A DNA stretch of 64,000 nucleotides from an uncultured Candidatus Saccharibacteria bacterium. Its GTDB lineage: Bacteria > Patescibacteriota > Saccharimonadia > Saccharimonadales > JBBQAJ01. The stretch spans positions 453,283 to 517,282 of the forward strand of contig CAZQHP010000001.1 in NCBI GenBank assembly GCA_964593805.1, read 5' to 3'. Under the pieces are notes generated by a model. That model had not been told where the DNA came from and searched no databases. It worked only from the letters and a program-made list of their open reading frames with translations. The position numbers and the translations under genes were made by a program. Of the stretch, positions 56,168-64,000 are shown in pieces (within the stretch, counting starts at the first letter, position 1; each line of letters begins with the position of its first letter).

Positions 56168-57021
56168 TTCGTTCAGAGGTTGTGCCCAAACAGCGGCTGG
56201 ACCACTATCTCGCCGAACGATACACAGACATTAGCCGCGCGTTTCTACAAAAGCTGTGCAATACCGACCAAGTACTGGTAAATGGCCAGCCGGAAAAATC
56301 AGGTTTTAAGTTGAAGCCAACAGACGAAGTCAGAGTATTGTACGACATGGCCGGGATTGAGAAAATTGAAGACACAGACCTGCCAATTCTATATCAAGAC
56401 GACGATGTGCTGGTTATAAACAAGCCGGCGGGCGTGATTAGCCATGCCCGGGGCAAGTTTTGGAACGAACCATCGGTAGCATCTTTTATCCGCCAACTTA
56501 CCGCACAGCCGGGCGACCGAGCGGGTATTGTCCACCGGCTAGACAGAGCTACCTCTGGTGTTATGATTTGTGCCAAAACTCAGGCATCCATGGCGTTTTT
56601 ACAAAAGCAGTTCGCGGACAGAAGCGTTGCAAAAACATACATGGCAATAGTAGCGGGCCACCTGGACCCCAAGCGCGCAATTATAGACATGCCGATTGAG
56701 CGCAACCCCAAAGCGCCGTCCACGTTCAGGGTTGGCCCAAACGGTAAAACCTCCCAGACGGCATACAAAGTCATAAAGTCATCTGAAAAGTATGACGAGG
56801 TGGAGCTGGAGCCCAAAACCGGCCGTACCCATCAGCTGCGAGTGCATCTGGCCAACCAAGGCCATGCTATCGTGGGCGACATACTGTATGGTGGCGAACC
56901 CGCAAAACGACTGCTTTTGCATGCTTACCAGCTAACTATCTCTCTGCCGAACGGAGAAGTGCAGACTTTTGACGCTCCGCTTCCATCCGAATTTGAAACA
57001 TATACCAATAAAACAGCATGA
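56164..57021 (+). CDS. RluA-family 23S rRNA pseudouridine synthase (RluD-like)
   Basis: 285 aa. Has an N-terminal S4 domain and the catalytic HRLDRATSGV. Confidence 0.85.
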   Translation: MIRSEVVPKQRLDHYLAERYTDISRAFLQKLCNTDQVLVNGQPEKSGFKLKPTDEVRVLYDMAGIEKIEDTDLPILYQDDDVLVINKPAGVISHARGKFWNEPSVASFIRQLTAQPGDRAGIVHRLDRATSGVMICAKTQASMAFLQKQFADRSVAKTYMAIVAGHLDPKRAIIDMPIERNPKAPSTFRVGPNGKTSQTAYKVIKSSEKYDEVELEPKTGRTHQLRVHLANQGHAIVGDILYGGEPAKRLLLHAYQLTISLPNGEVQTFDAPLPSEFETYTNKTA

Positions 57022-57881
57022 ATAACCTGCTGTTGCACCCAACTACCGAACACCAGCTCCAGGCACTTTTGCAGTCCCGGCCGCACGCCCTTTTGATATT
57101 TGGGCCACCCGGTACAGGCAAAGGTGCTCTGGCGGATCAGTTTGTAGAACGGACACTGGGCGCAAAATCGCCGGTCAATAACCCTTATTTCCTAGAAATC
57201 AGCCCCGCCCCAGCCAGCATAGGCATAGAAAGCGTGCGGGCTATCCGGGACTTTTTACGGCGCAAAACGACTGGAAAAACGGAGCTGAGGCGGATTATTC
57301 TGCTCAAAGAAGCTCAGACAATGACCGAAGAGGCTCAAAACGCCCTGCTCAAGACCCTTGAAGAGCCTCCCGCGGATACCATGGTTATTTTGACTGCTAG
57401 CGACCCCACGGCTCTAAAAGCTACCATTCGCTCCCGTTCGCAGCAGTTGCTGGTTCTGCCGGTGAGCCAGGAAGCTGCCGAAACATACTTCAAGGCCGCC
57501 GGTTACCAACAGCAGGCCATACAAACCGCCTACTACATGAGCGAAGGCCGGGTAGGGCTACTCAAAGCCCTTCTGGATGGAGCCAGCGACCACGAGCTTG
57601 TACGGGCCATTGTCCAAGCCAAAGAGCTTCTAAAAACTTCGTCTTATGATCGGTTGCTTCAGGTTGACAAACTTAGTAAAGAAAAACAGCAGCTCGCCTG
57701 GCTGTTACAGGGCCTGGAGCGAGTGGTCACCAGCGGCCTGGGTCAAGCAGCCGATAAAAACAAACCAGACGCGGTCAGAAAATTTTATGTTTTGAGCAAG
57801 CAGATTCAGCAAACTCAGGAAGCGCTGGCCAAAAATGCCAATACCAAAATTGTGTTGACCGAGTTATTTATGAACATTTAG
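57018..57881 (+). CDS. holB: DNA polymerase III subunit delta'
   Basis: 287 aa. Has an AAA+ clamp-loader fold (FGPPGTGKG) and the sensor motif TASDP...IRSR. Confidence 0.7.
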   Translation: MNNLLLHPTTEHQLQALLQSRPHALLIFGPPGTGKGALADQFVERTLGAKSPVNNPYFLEISPAPASIGIESVRAIRDFLRRKTTGKTELRRIILLKEAQTMTEEAQNALLKTLEEPPADTMVILTASDPTALKATIRSRSQQLLVLPVSQEAAETYFKAAGYQQQAIQTAYYMSEGRVGLLKALLDGASDHELVRAIVQAKELLKTSSYDRLLQVDKLSKEKQQLAWLLQGLERVVTSGLGQAADKNKPDAVRKFYVLSKQIQQTQEALAKNANTKIVLTELFMNI

Positions 57882-57900
57882 TATATAATGCAACTGAATC

Positions 57901-58554
57901 ATGTATGAATTAGCCCTGCTTTTGGGTTTCGGAATTTTGGCCTTGCGAGGTACAAGTCTTCGAGAAGAAGAATTGTCTCCTTTGCCGCGTAAAATCAGCG
58001 ACAAACTTGGCCGGCTATGGGACATTGCCCACCAGGGCATGCGCGAAAACCGCTTTTTGCGCGCCGAAAAAGCCCTGCTGACCATACTCAAGATTGACGA
58101 AAAAAACGCCGCCGCCTACAACCGGCTCGGCATCCTATACGCCAAGCAAAAAGAATACAAAGACGCGATTGACTGTTTTGAAATCGCCAGCTCCATAGAA
58201 CCGACCGCCTCGTCGCTCCACAACCTGGGACTTATCTACTACGAAACAGAAAACTATCCCAAAGCCTCAACTGCGTTTGAGCAAGCCATAAAACTAGAAG
58301 ACGAACTGGCCGCCCGCCACATAGCTTACGCCAAAGTCCAGGAAAAACTAGGCAATACCAAACTAATGATCCAAGAGCTAGAACGAGCCGTAGAACTAGA
58401 GCCAAACAAAGAAAGCTACACACTGCTCATGAATAGTTATCGTAACGGCGGCCAGGCAGAAGAAGCCGACGTGGTAGAGCAAAAACTCTCCAAACTCATC
58501 ATCCCCTCAGGCCAAGCCAAACGAATAGTCCGCCCCAAACGGGTTGTCATATAA
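57901..58554 (+). CDS. TPR repeat protein with an N-terminal membrane anchor
   Basis: 217 aa. Has three or four 34-aa TPR units (AAAYNRLGILYAKQKEYKDAIDCFEIA...). Confidence 0.7.
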   Translation: MYELALLLGFGILALRGTSLREEELSPLPRKISDKLGRLWDIAHQGMRENRFLRAEKALLTILKIDEKNAAAYNRLGILYAKQKEYKDAIDCFEIASSIEPTASSLHNLGLIYYETENYPKASTAFEQAIKLEDELAARHIAYAKVQEKLGNTKLMIQELERAVELEPNKESYTLLMNSYRNGGQAEEADVVEQKLSKLIIPSGQAKRIVRPKRVVI

Positions 58555-58587
58555 CCCCTGTTTTGTTACACTTCAGCGGTGCTGTAA

Positions 58588-58664
58588 GCCACCTTAGCTC
58601 AGCTGGTTAGAGCGACTGTTTTGTAAACAGTAGGTCGTCGGTTCGAATCCGACAGGTGGCTCCA
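58588..58664 (+). tRNA. tRNA-Thr (anticodon TGT), CCA encoded
   Basis: The acceptor stem is GCCACCT/AGGTGGC. The anticodon stem is ACTGT/ACAGT with loop ttTGTaa. Confidence 0.9.
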
Positions 58665-58665
58665 T

Positions 58666-58751
58666 GCAGGGTTAGTGAAGCGGTCAAACACGGCAGACTG
58701 TAAATCTGCTGGCTTATGCCTTCGTAGGTTCGAATCCTACACCCTGCACCA
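58666..58751 (+). tRNA. tRNA-Tyr (anticodon GTA), long variable arm, CCA encoded
   Basis: The acceptor stem is GCAGGGT/ACCCTGC. The anticodon stem is GCAGA/TCTGC with loop ctGTAaa. Confidence 0.9.
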
Positions 58752-58765
58752 TTTTTGTATTTTTT

Positions 58766-58840
58766 GCCGTCGTAGCTCAGTGGTAGAGCATCGCCATGGT
58801 AAGGCGGGGGTCAGGAGTTCAAATCTCCTCGACGGCTCCA
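58766..58840 (+). tRNA. tRNA-Thr (anticodon GGT), CCA encoded
   Basis: The acceptor stem is GCCGTCG/CGACGGC. The anticodon loop is atGGTaa. Confidence 0.88.
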
Positions 58841-58863
58841 GTATTGCAAACCTAGCTCACATC

Positions 58864-58872
58864 TGTTAGAAT
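58864..58872 (+). promoter_or_regulatory. Extended -10 promoter of rpmG (TGtTAGAAT), 10 nt before the ATG
   Basis: tcTGtTAGAATcaattctcatATG. No SD is present. Confidence 0.5.
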
Positions 58873-58882
58873 CAATTCTCAT

Positions 58883-59086
58883 ATGGCAAAAAAAGGCGGA
58901 AAACGTAAGATTGTAGGTTTGGTGTCCGAAGAAAGCGGCCACCGGCATTATTACACTCGCAAAAACGCGCAAAACACTCCTGACAAACTGGAACTGAAAA
59001 AATACGACCCGGTCCTACGCAAGCACGTTTTGTACGTGGAAACTAAAAAATCTCTGGGTCGCAACGAAGTTAAAAAGAAAAAATAA
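58883..59086 (+). CDS. rpmG: 50S ribosomal protein L33 (Cys-free form, basic C-terminal tail)
   Basis: 67 aa. Shows the [30 protein letters not shown]33 pattern without a CxxC. Confidence 0.9.
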   Translation: MAKKGGKRKIVGLVSEESGHRHYYTRKNAQNTPDKLELKKYDPVLRKHVLYVETKKSLGRNEVKKKK

Positions 59087-59152
59087 CATCTCATCTCGGT
59101 GACAAAACAAAGTAAATCGGCTATGATTACTCCGTTAGTCGCATATTATTGA

Positions 59153-59229
59153 AGGGGCGTAGCTCAGCTGGTTAGAGCGTTGGTCTCCAAAACCAAAGGC
59201 CGCGGGTTCGAATCCCTCCGCCCCTGCCA
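59153..59229 (+). tRNA. tRNA-Trp (anticodon CCA), CCA encoded
   Basis: The acceptor stem is AGGGGCG/CGCCCCT. The anticodon stem is TTGGT/ACCAA with loop ctCCAaa. Confidence 0.9.
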
Positions 59230-59286
59230 TTCGACTCACTTTGTTCGACCATGGCCGCAGTCCGGTCTTTGCGCCAGCGATGTAAT

Positions 59287-59295
59287 TGTTATAAT
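59287..59295 (+). promoter_or_regulatory. Extended -10 promoter (TGtTATAAT), 10 nt before the ATG at 59306
   Basis: atTGtTATAATatagtacccgATG. Confidence 0.5.
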
Positions 59296-59305
59296 ATAGT
59301 ACCCG

Positions 59306-59968
59306 ATGGCAAAACTTCAGCTTTCTCAACCCACGCTGTTCCTGCTTTTTGGCTTCCCTGGAGCCGGCAAGACGTATTTTGCACGTCAATTGTGTGAAGA
59401 ACTTCAAACCGCCCATGTGCAGGGAGACAGAATCCGATTTGAGCTGTTTGAAAAACCACGCTACGACCGCCAAGAAAACGAAATTGTAACGCACATCATG
59501 GAATACATGGCCGAAGAGTTCCTGCAGGCCGGTATAAGCGTGGTTTTTGACGTAAACGCCTTGCGCGCCCGCCAGCGTCGCGAGCTGCGCGATATGGCGC
59601 GCCGGAACAAAGCCCAGAATGTACTGGTGTGGTTCCAAATTGACATAGAAAGCGCTTTTGAGCGGGTTGCCAAGCGCGACCGGCGTAAAATCGATGACAA
59701 ATACAGCATGCCGCTAGACCGTACTACCTTTGAGTCGCTTATTGCCGGCATGCAAAACCCCGCCATCACAGAAGATTATATGGTCGTAAGCGGCAAGCGG
59801 ACGTTCCAAACCCAAAGAAGCGCGGTTATAAAAAAACTATATGACATGGGTTTGCTGCAATCCGAGCAAACAACAGCTGGAATTGCCAAGCCAAATTTGG
59901 TAAATCTTGTCCCTAATTCCAGCGGCGGCAGGGTTGACCCCTCGCGCCGGAACATCACCATCCGCTAG
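59306..59968 (+). CDS. P-loop kinase-like ATP-binding protein (AAA_33/zeta-like)
   Basis: 220 aa. The Walker A motif GFPGAGKT lies near the N-terminus. Confidence 0.6.
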   Translation: MAKLQLSQPTLFLLFGFPGAGKTYFARQLCEELQTAHVQGDRIRFELFEKPRYDRQENEIVTHIMEYMAEEFLQAGISVVFDVNALRARQRRELRDMARRNKAQNVLVWFQIDIESAFERVAKRDRRKIDDKYSMPLDRTTFESLIAGMQNPAITEDYMVVSGKRTFQTQRSAVIKKLYDMGLLQSEQTTAGIAKPNLVNLVPNSSGGRVDPSRRNITIR

Positions 59969-60019
59969 TTAAAACTCCCGCAAACTACGTATTTTGCAGA
60001 AGTCCTATAGACTAGTAGG

Positions 60020-60730
60020 ATGGCGCAGAAACAAATACATTTGCCTGGCATAGGCCAGGTAAACCTGCAGAAACGCCGCGGCGCCCGCAGCATCCGCATA
60101 ACCGTGGGCCACGATGGCGCGATTCGCGTGAGTTTGCCCGCGTGGTCGCCCTACAAAGCCGGTGAAGCTTTTGTGCTGAGCAAGCGCGATTGGATTCAGC
60201 AGCAGCAAGCCGGCAAATCAAAACATGTATTTAAGCCCAATGAGCGGGTTGGCAAAGCCCATCGAGTTCGGTTTATATTCGAAAACCGTACGGCTATCAC
60301 TAGCCGGGTTACAAACACCGAATTGATAATCCGCTTACCCTTGGATATGGAACCGACTGACCCACGAGTGCAAATTGCGGTATACGCCGCCGCCGTGCGG
60401 GCTCTCAAGCAAGAAGCCAAAAACCTTTTGCCCAGGAGACTAAGCACGCTGGCCAATCAGCACGGGTTTAGCTACCGCTCCGTGTCTGTAAAACGACTCA
60501 AAAGCCGCTGGGGAAGCTGCAGCTCCCAAAAAGACATCGCGCTCAACTGTTTCCTGATGCAACTGCCATGGGAATTAATAGATTACGTGCTGCTCCATGA
60601 GTTGCTGCACACCAGAGTTATGGCACACGGCAAGGCTTTTTGGGCTGAACTTGACCGTTACGTAGCTGATTTGCCCAGGAAACGAAAAGCCATCAAAACT
60701 TACCAGCCGGCACTTGTAGCTCAAGATTAA
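60020..60730 (+). CDS. YgjP/DUF45-family metal-dependent hydrolase
   Basis: 236 aa. Has WGSCS and LLHELLHTRVMAHGKAFW (HExxH). Confidence 0.75.
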   Translation: MAQKQIHLPGIGQVNLQKRRGARSIRITVGHDGAIRVSLPAWSPYKAGEAFVLSKRDWIQQQQAGKSKHVFKPNERVGKAHRVRFIFENRTAITSRVTNTELIIRLPLDMEPTDPRVQIAVYAAAVRALKQEAKNLLPRRLSTLANQHGFSYRSVSVKRLKSRWGSCSSQKDIALNCFLMQLPWELIDYVLLHELLHTRVMAHGKAFWAELDRYVADLPRKRKAIKTYQPALVAQD

Positions 60731-60755
60731 TTGAGCATTAATAAGCCGTACTCTT

Positions 60756-60764
60756 TGCTACAAT
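60756..60764 (+). promoter_or_regulatory. Extended -10 promoter (TGcTACAAT) of the histidine kinase gene
   Basis: ttTGcTACAAT, then ATGCTTATG. The second ATG (60771) lies 6 nt after the -10. Confidence 0.45.
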
Positions 60765-60770
60765 ATGCTT

Positions 60771-61940
60771 ATGCAAAAACAAGTCAGAGAAACAGCTACG
60801 ACTAAAAATAAAGTCGTAGCCTCGGCCAAACTGCTCGCGCACGCTGTCAAAAGCAACATTACGCCAAACGTGGGGCTGGAACGCGAACGCTTAACCAGCC
60901 TGATAAACAGCATGGGGGACGGCGTACTGGCCATAGACGAAAAGTTCAAAATAGTAGTCAGCAACGGCGCCGCACTTAACATTTTGGATGTTAACACCAC
61001 TCTAACCGGCAAAAAGCTCAGCGACGTACTGCATATGTTGGATAAAAATAACCACGAGCTGGATCTCATAGAACTAATTTCTAAGACCCGGACATCCCAC
61101 GCTTCCCGAGAATGGCGTATAAAATATTCAGACGGCAGCACTGTGAACCTGTACGTTAGCATAGCGCCAGTCCGCTTAGGCTTCGGCCAACAAGGTATGA
61201 GAGGCTACGTAATCCTGCTACGTGATATTACGCGCGAAAAGTCGCTGGAAGAAGAACGAGACGAGTTTATCAGCGTGGTCAGCCATGAACTCCGCACGCC
61301 TATAGCTATAGCCGAAGGCAACATTGGCAACGCGGAATTTATTTTGGAAAAATCGGGACTTGCCAACAAAGAAATTCAAGGCGCGCTGCAACAAGCCCAT
61401 GATCAGGTGGATTTTTTGGCTGGTTTGATAAATGATTTGGCCACCCTGTCTCGAGCCGAACGCGGCAAACTGCAAGTGGACGTAGAGTCTATCAACGCCT
61501 ATGAGCTGCTCAAAGATTTATTGGCAAACTACACCCCGCAGGCCGAAGCAAAAAAACTCACAATATCATGCCAGCCTGACCCCAAACTTGAACTACTGCT
61601 GTCATCCAAACTGTACGTTCGAGAAATATTGCAAAACTTTATAACCAACGCCATCAAATACACCGAAAAAGGCGGCGTGAGCATAAGCGCCAGCTCCAAA
61701 CCAAATGGCATTGAATTCCGGGTCAGCGACACGGGGATTGGCATCAGCAAGCCCGACCAAGAAAAAGTGTTTGAGAAATTTTTCCGGTCCGAAGATTACC
61801 GCACTCGGCAAAATACCGGCACGGGACTGGGCCTGTACGTAACCATGAAACTAGCCAGTCTAATCCACGCGAAAATAAGCGTAGAAAGCGAACTCAACAA
61901 AGGCTCCACCTTCACAATCTTTATCCCTAACCTGCAGTAA
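60771..61940 (+). CDS. Sensor histidine kinase (PAS, HisKA, HATPase_c), apparently cytoplasmic
   Basis: Has the H-box SHELRTP, N-box and G-boxes (DTGIGI, GTGLGL). I see no TM segment. The ORF-track start is ATG 60765. Confidence 0.85.
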   Translation: MQKQVRETATTKNKVVASAKLLAHAVKSNITPNVGLERERLTSLINSMGDGVLAIDEKFKIVVSNGAALNILDVNTTLTGKKLSDVLHMLDKNNHELDLIELISKTRTSHASREWRIKYSDGSTVNLYVSIAPVRLGFGQQGMRGYVILLRDITREKSLEEERDEFISVVSHELRTPIAIAEGNIGNAEFILEKSGLANKEIQGALQQAHDQVDFLAGLINDLATLSRAERGKLQVDVESINAYELLKDLLANYTPQAEAKKLTISCQPDPKLELLLSSKLYVREILQNFITNAIKYTEKGGVSISASSKPNGIEFRVSDTGIGISKPDQEKVFEKFFRSEDYRTRQNTGTGLGLYVTMKLASLIHAKISVESELNKGSTFTIFIPNLQ

Positions 61941-62066
61941 AGCTCAAAATCCAAAATCCAAAGTTCAGATAAATACCAAGTCTCAAACGGGCTAGCTAGA
62001 ACTAGGTTTGGTATTTGAGATTTTGAAGTTTATTTGGAACTTGAAGTTTGAACTCTGGACTTTTCC
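61941..62066. repeat. Heptamer-periodic tract (18 x 7 nt) between convergent genes, running into the glycosyltransferase 3' end
   Basis: AGCTCAA AATCCAA AATCCAA AGTTCAG ... central CTAGCTAG ... AGGTTTG GTATTTG AGATTTT GAAGTTT ATTTGGA ACTTGAA GTTTGAA CTCTGGA CTTTTCC. Confidence 0.75.
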
Positions 62067-63544
62067 TCGTCTAGCGAAGGCAGACGAGGAATTACGTGCA
62101 TGACGGGGATGCAGATATTGCGGTCTTTCCAAGCCACGGTGAAAAACTCGTATTGGATCATGGAGGCGTAGCCAACCGCAAGTTCGCTAAAAGCAGCCAC
62201 GGGAAAGCTCAGTAATGCCAATAAACTGTTGGCCGGGTCAGTAATGTTCACTATTGAAACATGGGCAATCACTAGCAACAGGCAAGTGAGCCCCGCAACC
62301 AGCGGGTTGATTGAAGCTGCCCATATGCTGGCTGCCAAAAATACGAATGGCAATAACAAAAACAACACGTTTATAACGGTGATTATCAGCGCCCACTCCG
62401 GCCGCCGGCGAATCTGCGGGTAACGGTTACGAATCGCGGAAGCGTATTGCTGGTGAAAGTTTTTGGCGGTTTTTACTTCCAGCTCGCCGCTGCTGCGGAC
62501 AAAGCTGTATTTATCTGTTTTGACAAGTTCGCGCGCAAAGTATCCTTCTGGCAATATAGTATGGCTGACGGCCGCGAAACCGCCGTATCTTTTCAAATCG
62601 TCACGATCAATCATCCAGCAGGTACCAAGCACAGAAGGCTTGTTAAACAACCGTCGTGGCAAAGCCAGTTCCCACCAGTAGCGCATGGGCTGGAAAAACG
62701 CGTCCGCCAGCGAGCTTTGGCTTCTGACCGGGAGCACGCTCAACATGGTCTTTTTGCGGGCGGCGAGCAAATTTACCATGCTGCGGATAGCGTGCGGGCC
62801 AAACCGGGCGTCCGCGCCGCAAAAAAGCACTAAATCACCACTGGTCTCCCTGTAAAGCTGCTGGTAAGCCTGGTTTTTTGCCAGCCAGCGCTCGGCGGGT
62901 GGTTCGCCCTGTACAAACCGCACGCCATCTTGGGCAAAGCTTTTGATAATTTCGGCAGTTTTACCCTGTGAACAGTCGTCTAGCACTATAATTTCCAACT
63001 TTGGGTAATCATTGGCCAAAACGGTGCGTAAACACTCCTGTAGGTCGGTGCTCTCATTGCGGGCCGGTATGGCCACGGTTACGGTCGGCAGCTCGCGGTC
63101 TGGCAAAAACGTGTCGGGCGGTTTGTAACGGAGTTTATAAATATTACGCGTCACTATCGCTAAAATTGCTGCTGCAACCGCCAGCTGCAGCACCGCGAAG
63201 CCCTGCGTATATGAGCTACCCAACAAAGTAAAATACAGTATAAGCAAAACAACCGCCAGGGGATGCAGGAAAAACAACCGCAGGCTGGTGCGCCCCGTTG
63301 ACTGCTTTAAGTATTGTGCATGCATGCGATTTTTGACAATCCTGAGCATGTTGCCCCCGCGAAATACCGCCAAAAGCCCGAACGGTACGGCCAGAAACAG
63401 CCCCAATTGAACTACTAGCCAGCCAGATGTAACCAGTATCAAAACAGTAATCAGCGCCGCCAGAAACCGCCGCGCGCGCCAAAGCGGCCCAACCAAAAGC
63501 AGGCTGCCTTCTGCTATAAACGACATAAACCAAAGCTCAAGCAT
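62030..63544 (-). CDS. Family 2 glycosyltransferase, polytopic membrane protein
   Basis: 504 aa. Has N-terminal and C-terminal TM bundles. The GT2 core is VAIPARNE...IIVLDDCS. Confidence 0.8.
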   Translation of the reverse strand: MLELWFMSFIAEGSLLLVGPLWRARRFLAALITVLILVTSGWLVVQLGLFLAVPFGLLAVFRGGNMLRIVKNRMHAQYLKQSTGRTSLRLFFLHPLAVVLLILYFTLLGSSYTQGFAVLQLAVAAAILAIVTRNIYKLRYKPPDTFLPDRELPTVTVAIPARNESTDLQECLRTVLANDYPKLEIIVLDDCSQGKTAEIIKSFAQDGVRFVQGEPPAERWLAKNQAYQQLYRETSGDLVLFCGADARFGPHAIRSMVNLLAARKKTMLSVLPVRSQSSLADAFFQPMRYWWELALPRRLFNKPSVLGTCWMIDRDDLKRYGGFAAVSHTILPEGYFARELVKTDKYSFVRSSGELEVKTAKNFHQQYASAIRNRYPQIRRRPEWALIITVINVLFLLLPFVFLAASIWAASINPLVAGLTCLLLVIAHVSIVNITDPANSLLALLSFPVAAFSELAVGYASMIQYEFFTVAWKDRNICIPVMHVIPRLPSLDEEKSRVQTSSSK

Positions 63545-63564
63545 ACTCAGGCTCTATAATACCT

Positions 63565-63613
63565 CAGCTTTTAGCTTTTGTACTTTACACTTTTCACCTT
63601 ATGCGTTATATTG
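63565..63613. repeat. Heptamer-periodic tract (7 x 7 nt)
   Basis: CAGCTTT TAGCTTT TGTACTT TACACTT TTCACCT TATGCGT TATATTG. Confidence 0.6.
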
Positions 63614-63660
63614 ACAACTGGCGAACCTATAAATTAGGTTCTTTTTATTTGGAGAAACAC

Positions 63661-64000
63661 GTGGCAGACAACGACGAAGTCAAAAAACCCATTCCACAAG
63701 CTCAGGGTAAACGCCAGCTCAAAAAGCAGCCGACTGTCCGCGAGCGCGCCGAAAAAGCGGGCGGCGATAAAAAACAGCGCCGTATCAAACAGGCCGGCTC
63801 TACTATCGCCAAACCGTTCAAAGCCGCCGCTCGCACTGGCCGCAAGGAATACTATTTGCCCCTGCCAGACAACAAAGCCGGCCGTTTCCTGAACAAGCGC
63901 CGCAAAGTAGTACCTGGCTATTTCCGTGGCGCGTGGGGTGAAGTCAAGCAGGTCAAGTGGCCCGGCCGCAAAGAAACAGTCAAACTTACGTTCGCGGTAT
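63661..64000 (+). CDS. secE: Preprotein translocase subunit SecE (partial, runs off the window), with a long basic N-terminal extension
   Basis: GTG start 6 nt after GGAG. The frame stays open to the window end. WGEVKQVKWPGRKETVKLT matches the SecE signature that precedes the TM helix. Confidence 0.7.
   Translation, partial: MADNDEVKKPIPQAQGKRQLKKQPTVRERAEKAGGDKKQRRIKQAGSTIAKPFKAAARTGRKEYYLPLPDNKAGRFLNKRRKVVPGYFRGAWGEVKQVKWPGRKETVKLTFAV

Noticed and set aside
59135-59638. 167-aa minus-strand ORF, and the 64-aa plus-strand ORF at 58675-58869.
   Set aside because: They overlap tRNA-Trp and tRNA-Tyr/tRNA-Thr respectively. The first is also antisense to the P-loop kinase gene. The tRNA cloverleaves explain the sequence.
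63623-63650. A terminator-like hairpin (GAACCTA-taaat-TAGGTTC followed by T5) directly upstream of the secE SD.
   Set aside because: The stem is only 7 bp and AT-rich, and there is no upstream plus-strand gene to terminate. It could be an attenuator, but the evidence is too weak to call.
1-64000. I looked for CRISPR arrays, IS elements and transposases, integrases, prophage genes, rRNA, and UGA recoding.
   Set aside because: None were found. There are no regularly spaced 25-40-nt repeats and no transposase- or integrase-like ORFs. UGA terminates well-aligned genes such as clpP, so the code is standard.

Overview
This is a gene-dense chromosomal core region of a small-genome bacterium: about 80 CDS and 5 tRNAs. 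I found no rRNA, CRISPR array, transposase or integrase. UGA is used as a stop codon, so the standard bacterial code applies. Gene order is pepN(-), nusA, clpC, radA, PBP1A(-), tyrS, recG, rsmD, tRNA-Leu, hisS, tig and clpP. Then comes one long plus-strand block: rpoB-rpoC-rpsL-rpsG-fusA-tuf-rpsJ, the S10/spc/alpha ribosomal operons through rplQ-rplM-rpsI, trpS, a RluA-family synthase and holB. It ends with tRNA-Thr/Tyr/Thr, rpmG, tRNA-Trp, four inserted genes and a partial secE. L30 is missing between rpsE and rplO, many genes overlap by 1-4 nt, and several ribosomal proteins carry terminal tails. These traits fit a CPR/Patescibacteria (Saccharibacteria-like) genome, but that lineage call is inference only. 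Seven things stand out beyond the core genes. (1) A roughly 75-nt double-hairpin repeat occurs 5 times with compensatory stem changes, and its purine 5' box mirrors the purine arm of hairpin 2. (2) Tracts with 7-nt periodicity occur in intergenic hairpins and in frame inside pepN and ribosomal-protein termini. (3) Perfect CIRCE operators overlap the -35 of both the clpC and clpP promoters. (4) Orphan ORFs sit at normally invariant junctions: rpsG/fusA, fusA/tuf and tuf/rpsJ, plus a 5-gene insert splitting rpsJ from rplC. (5) Two modules consist of a promoter, a structured leader ending in a terminator, and a small ORF. (6) The tRNA-Leu 3' end is duplicated 141 bp downstream. (7) Extended -10 promoters recur 6-11 nt upstream of start codons, which suggests leaderless mRNAs.
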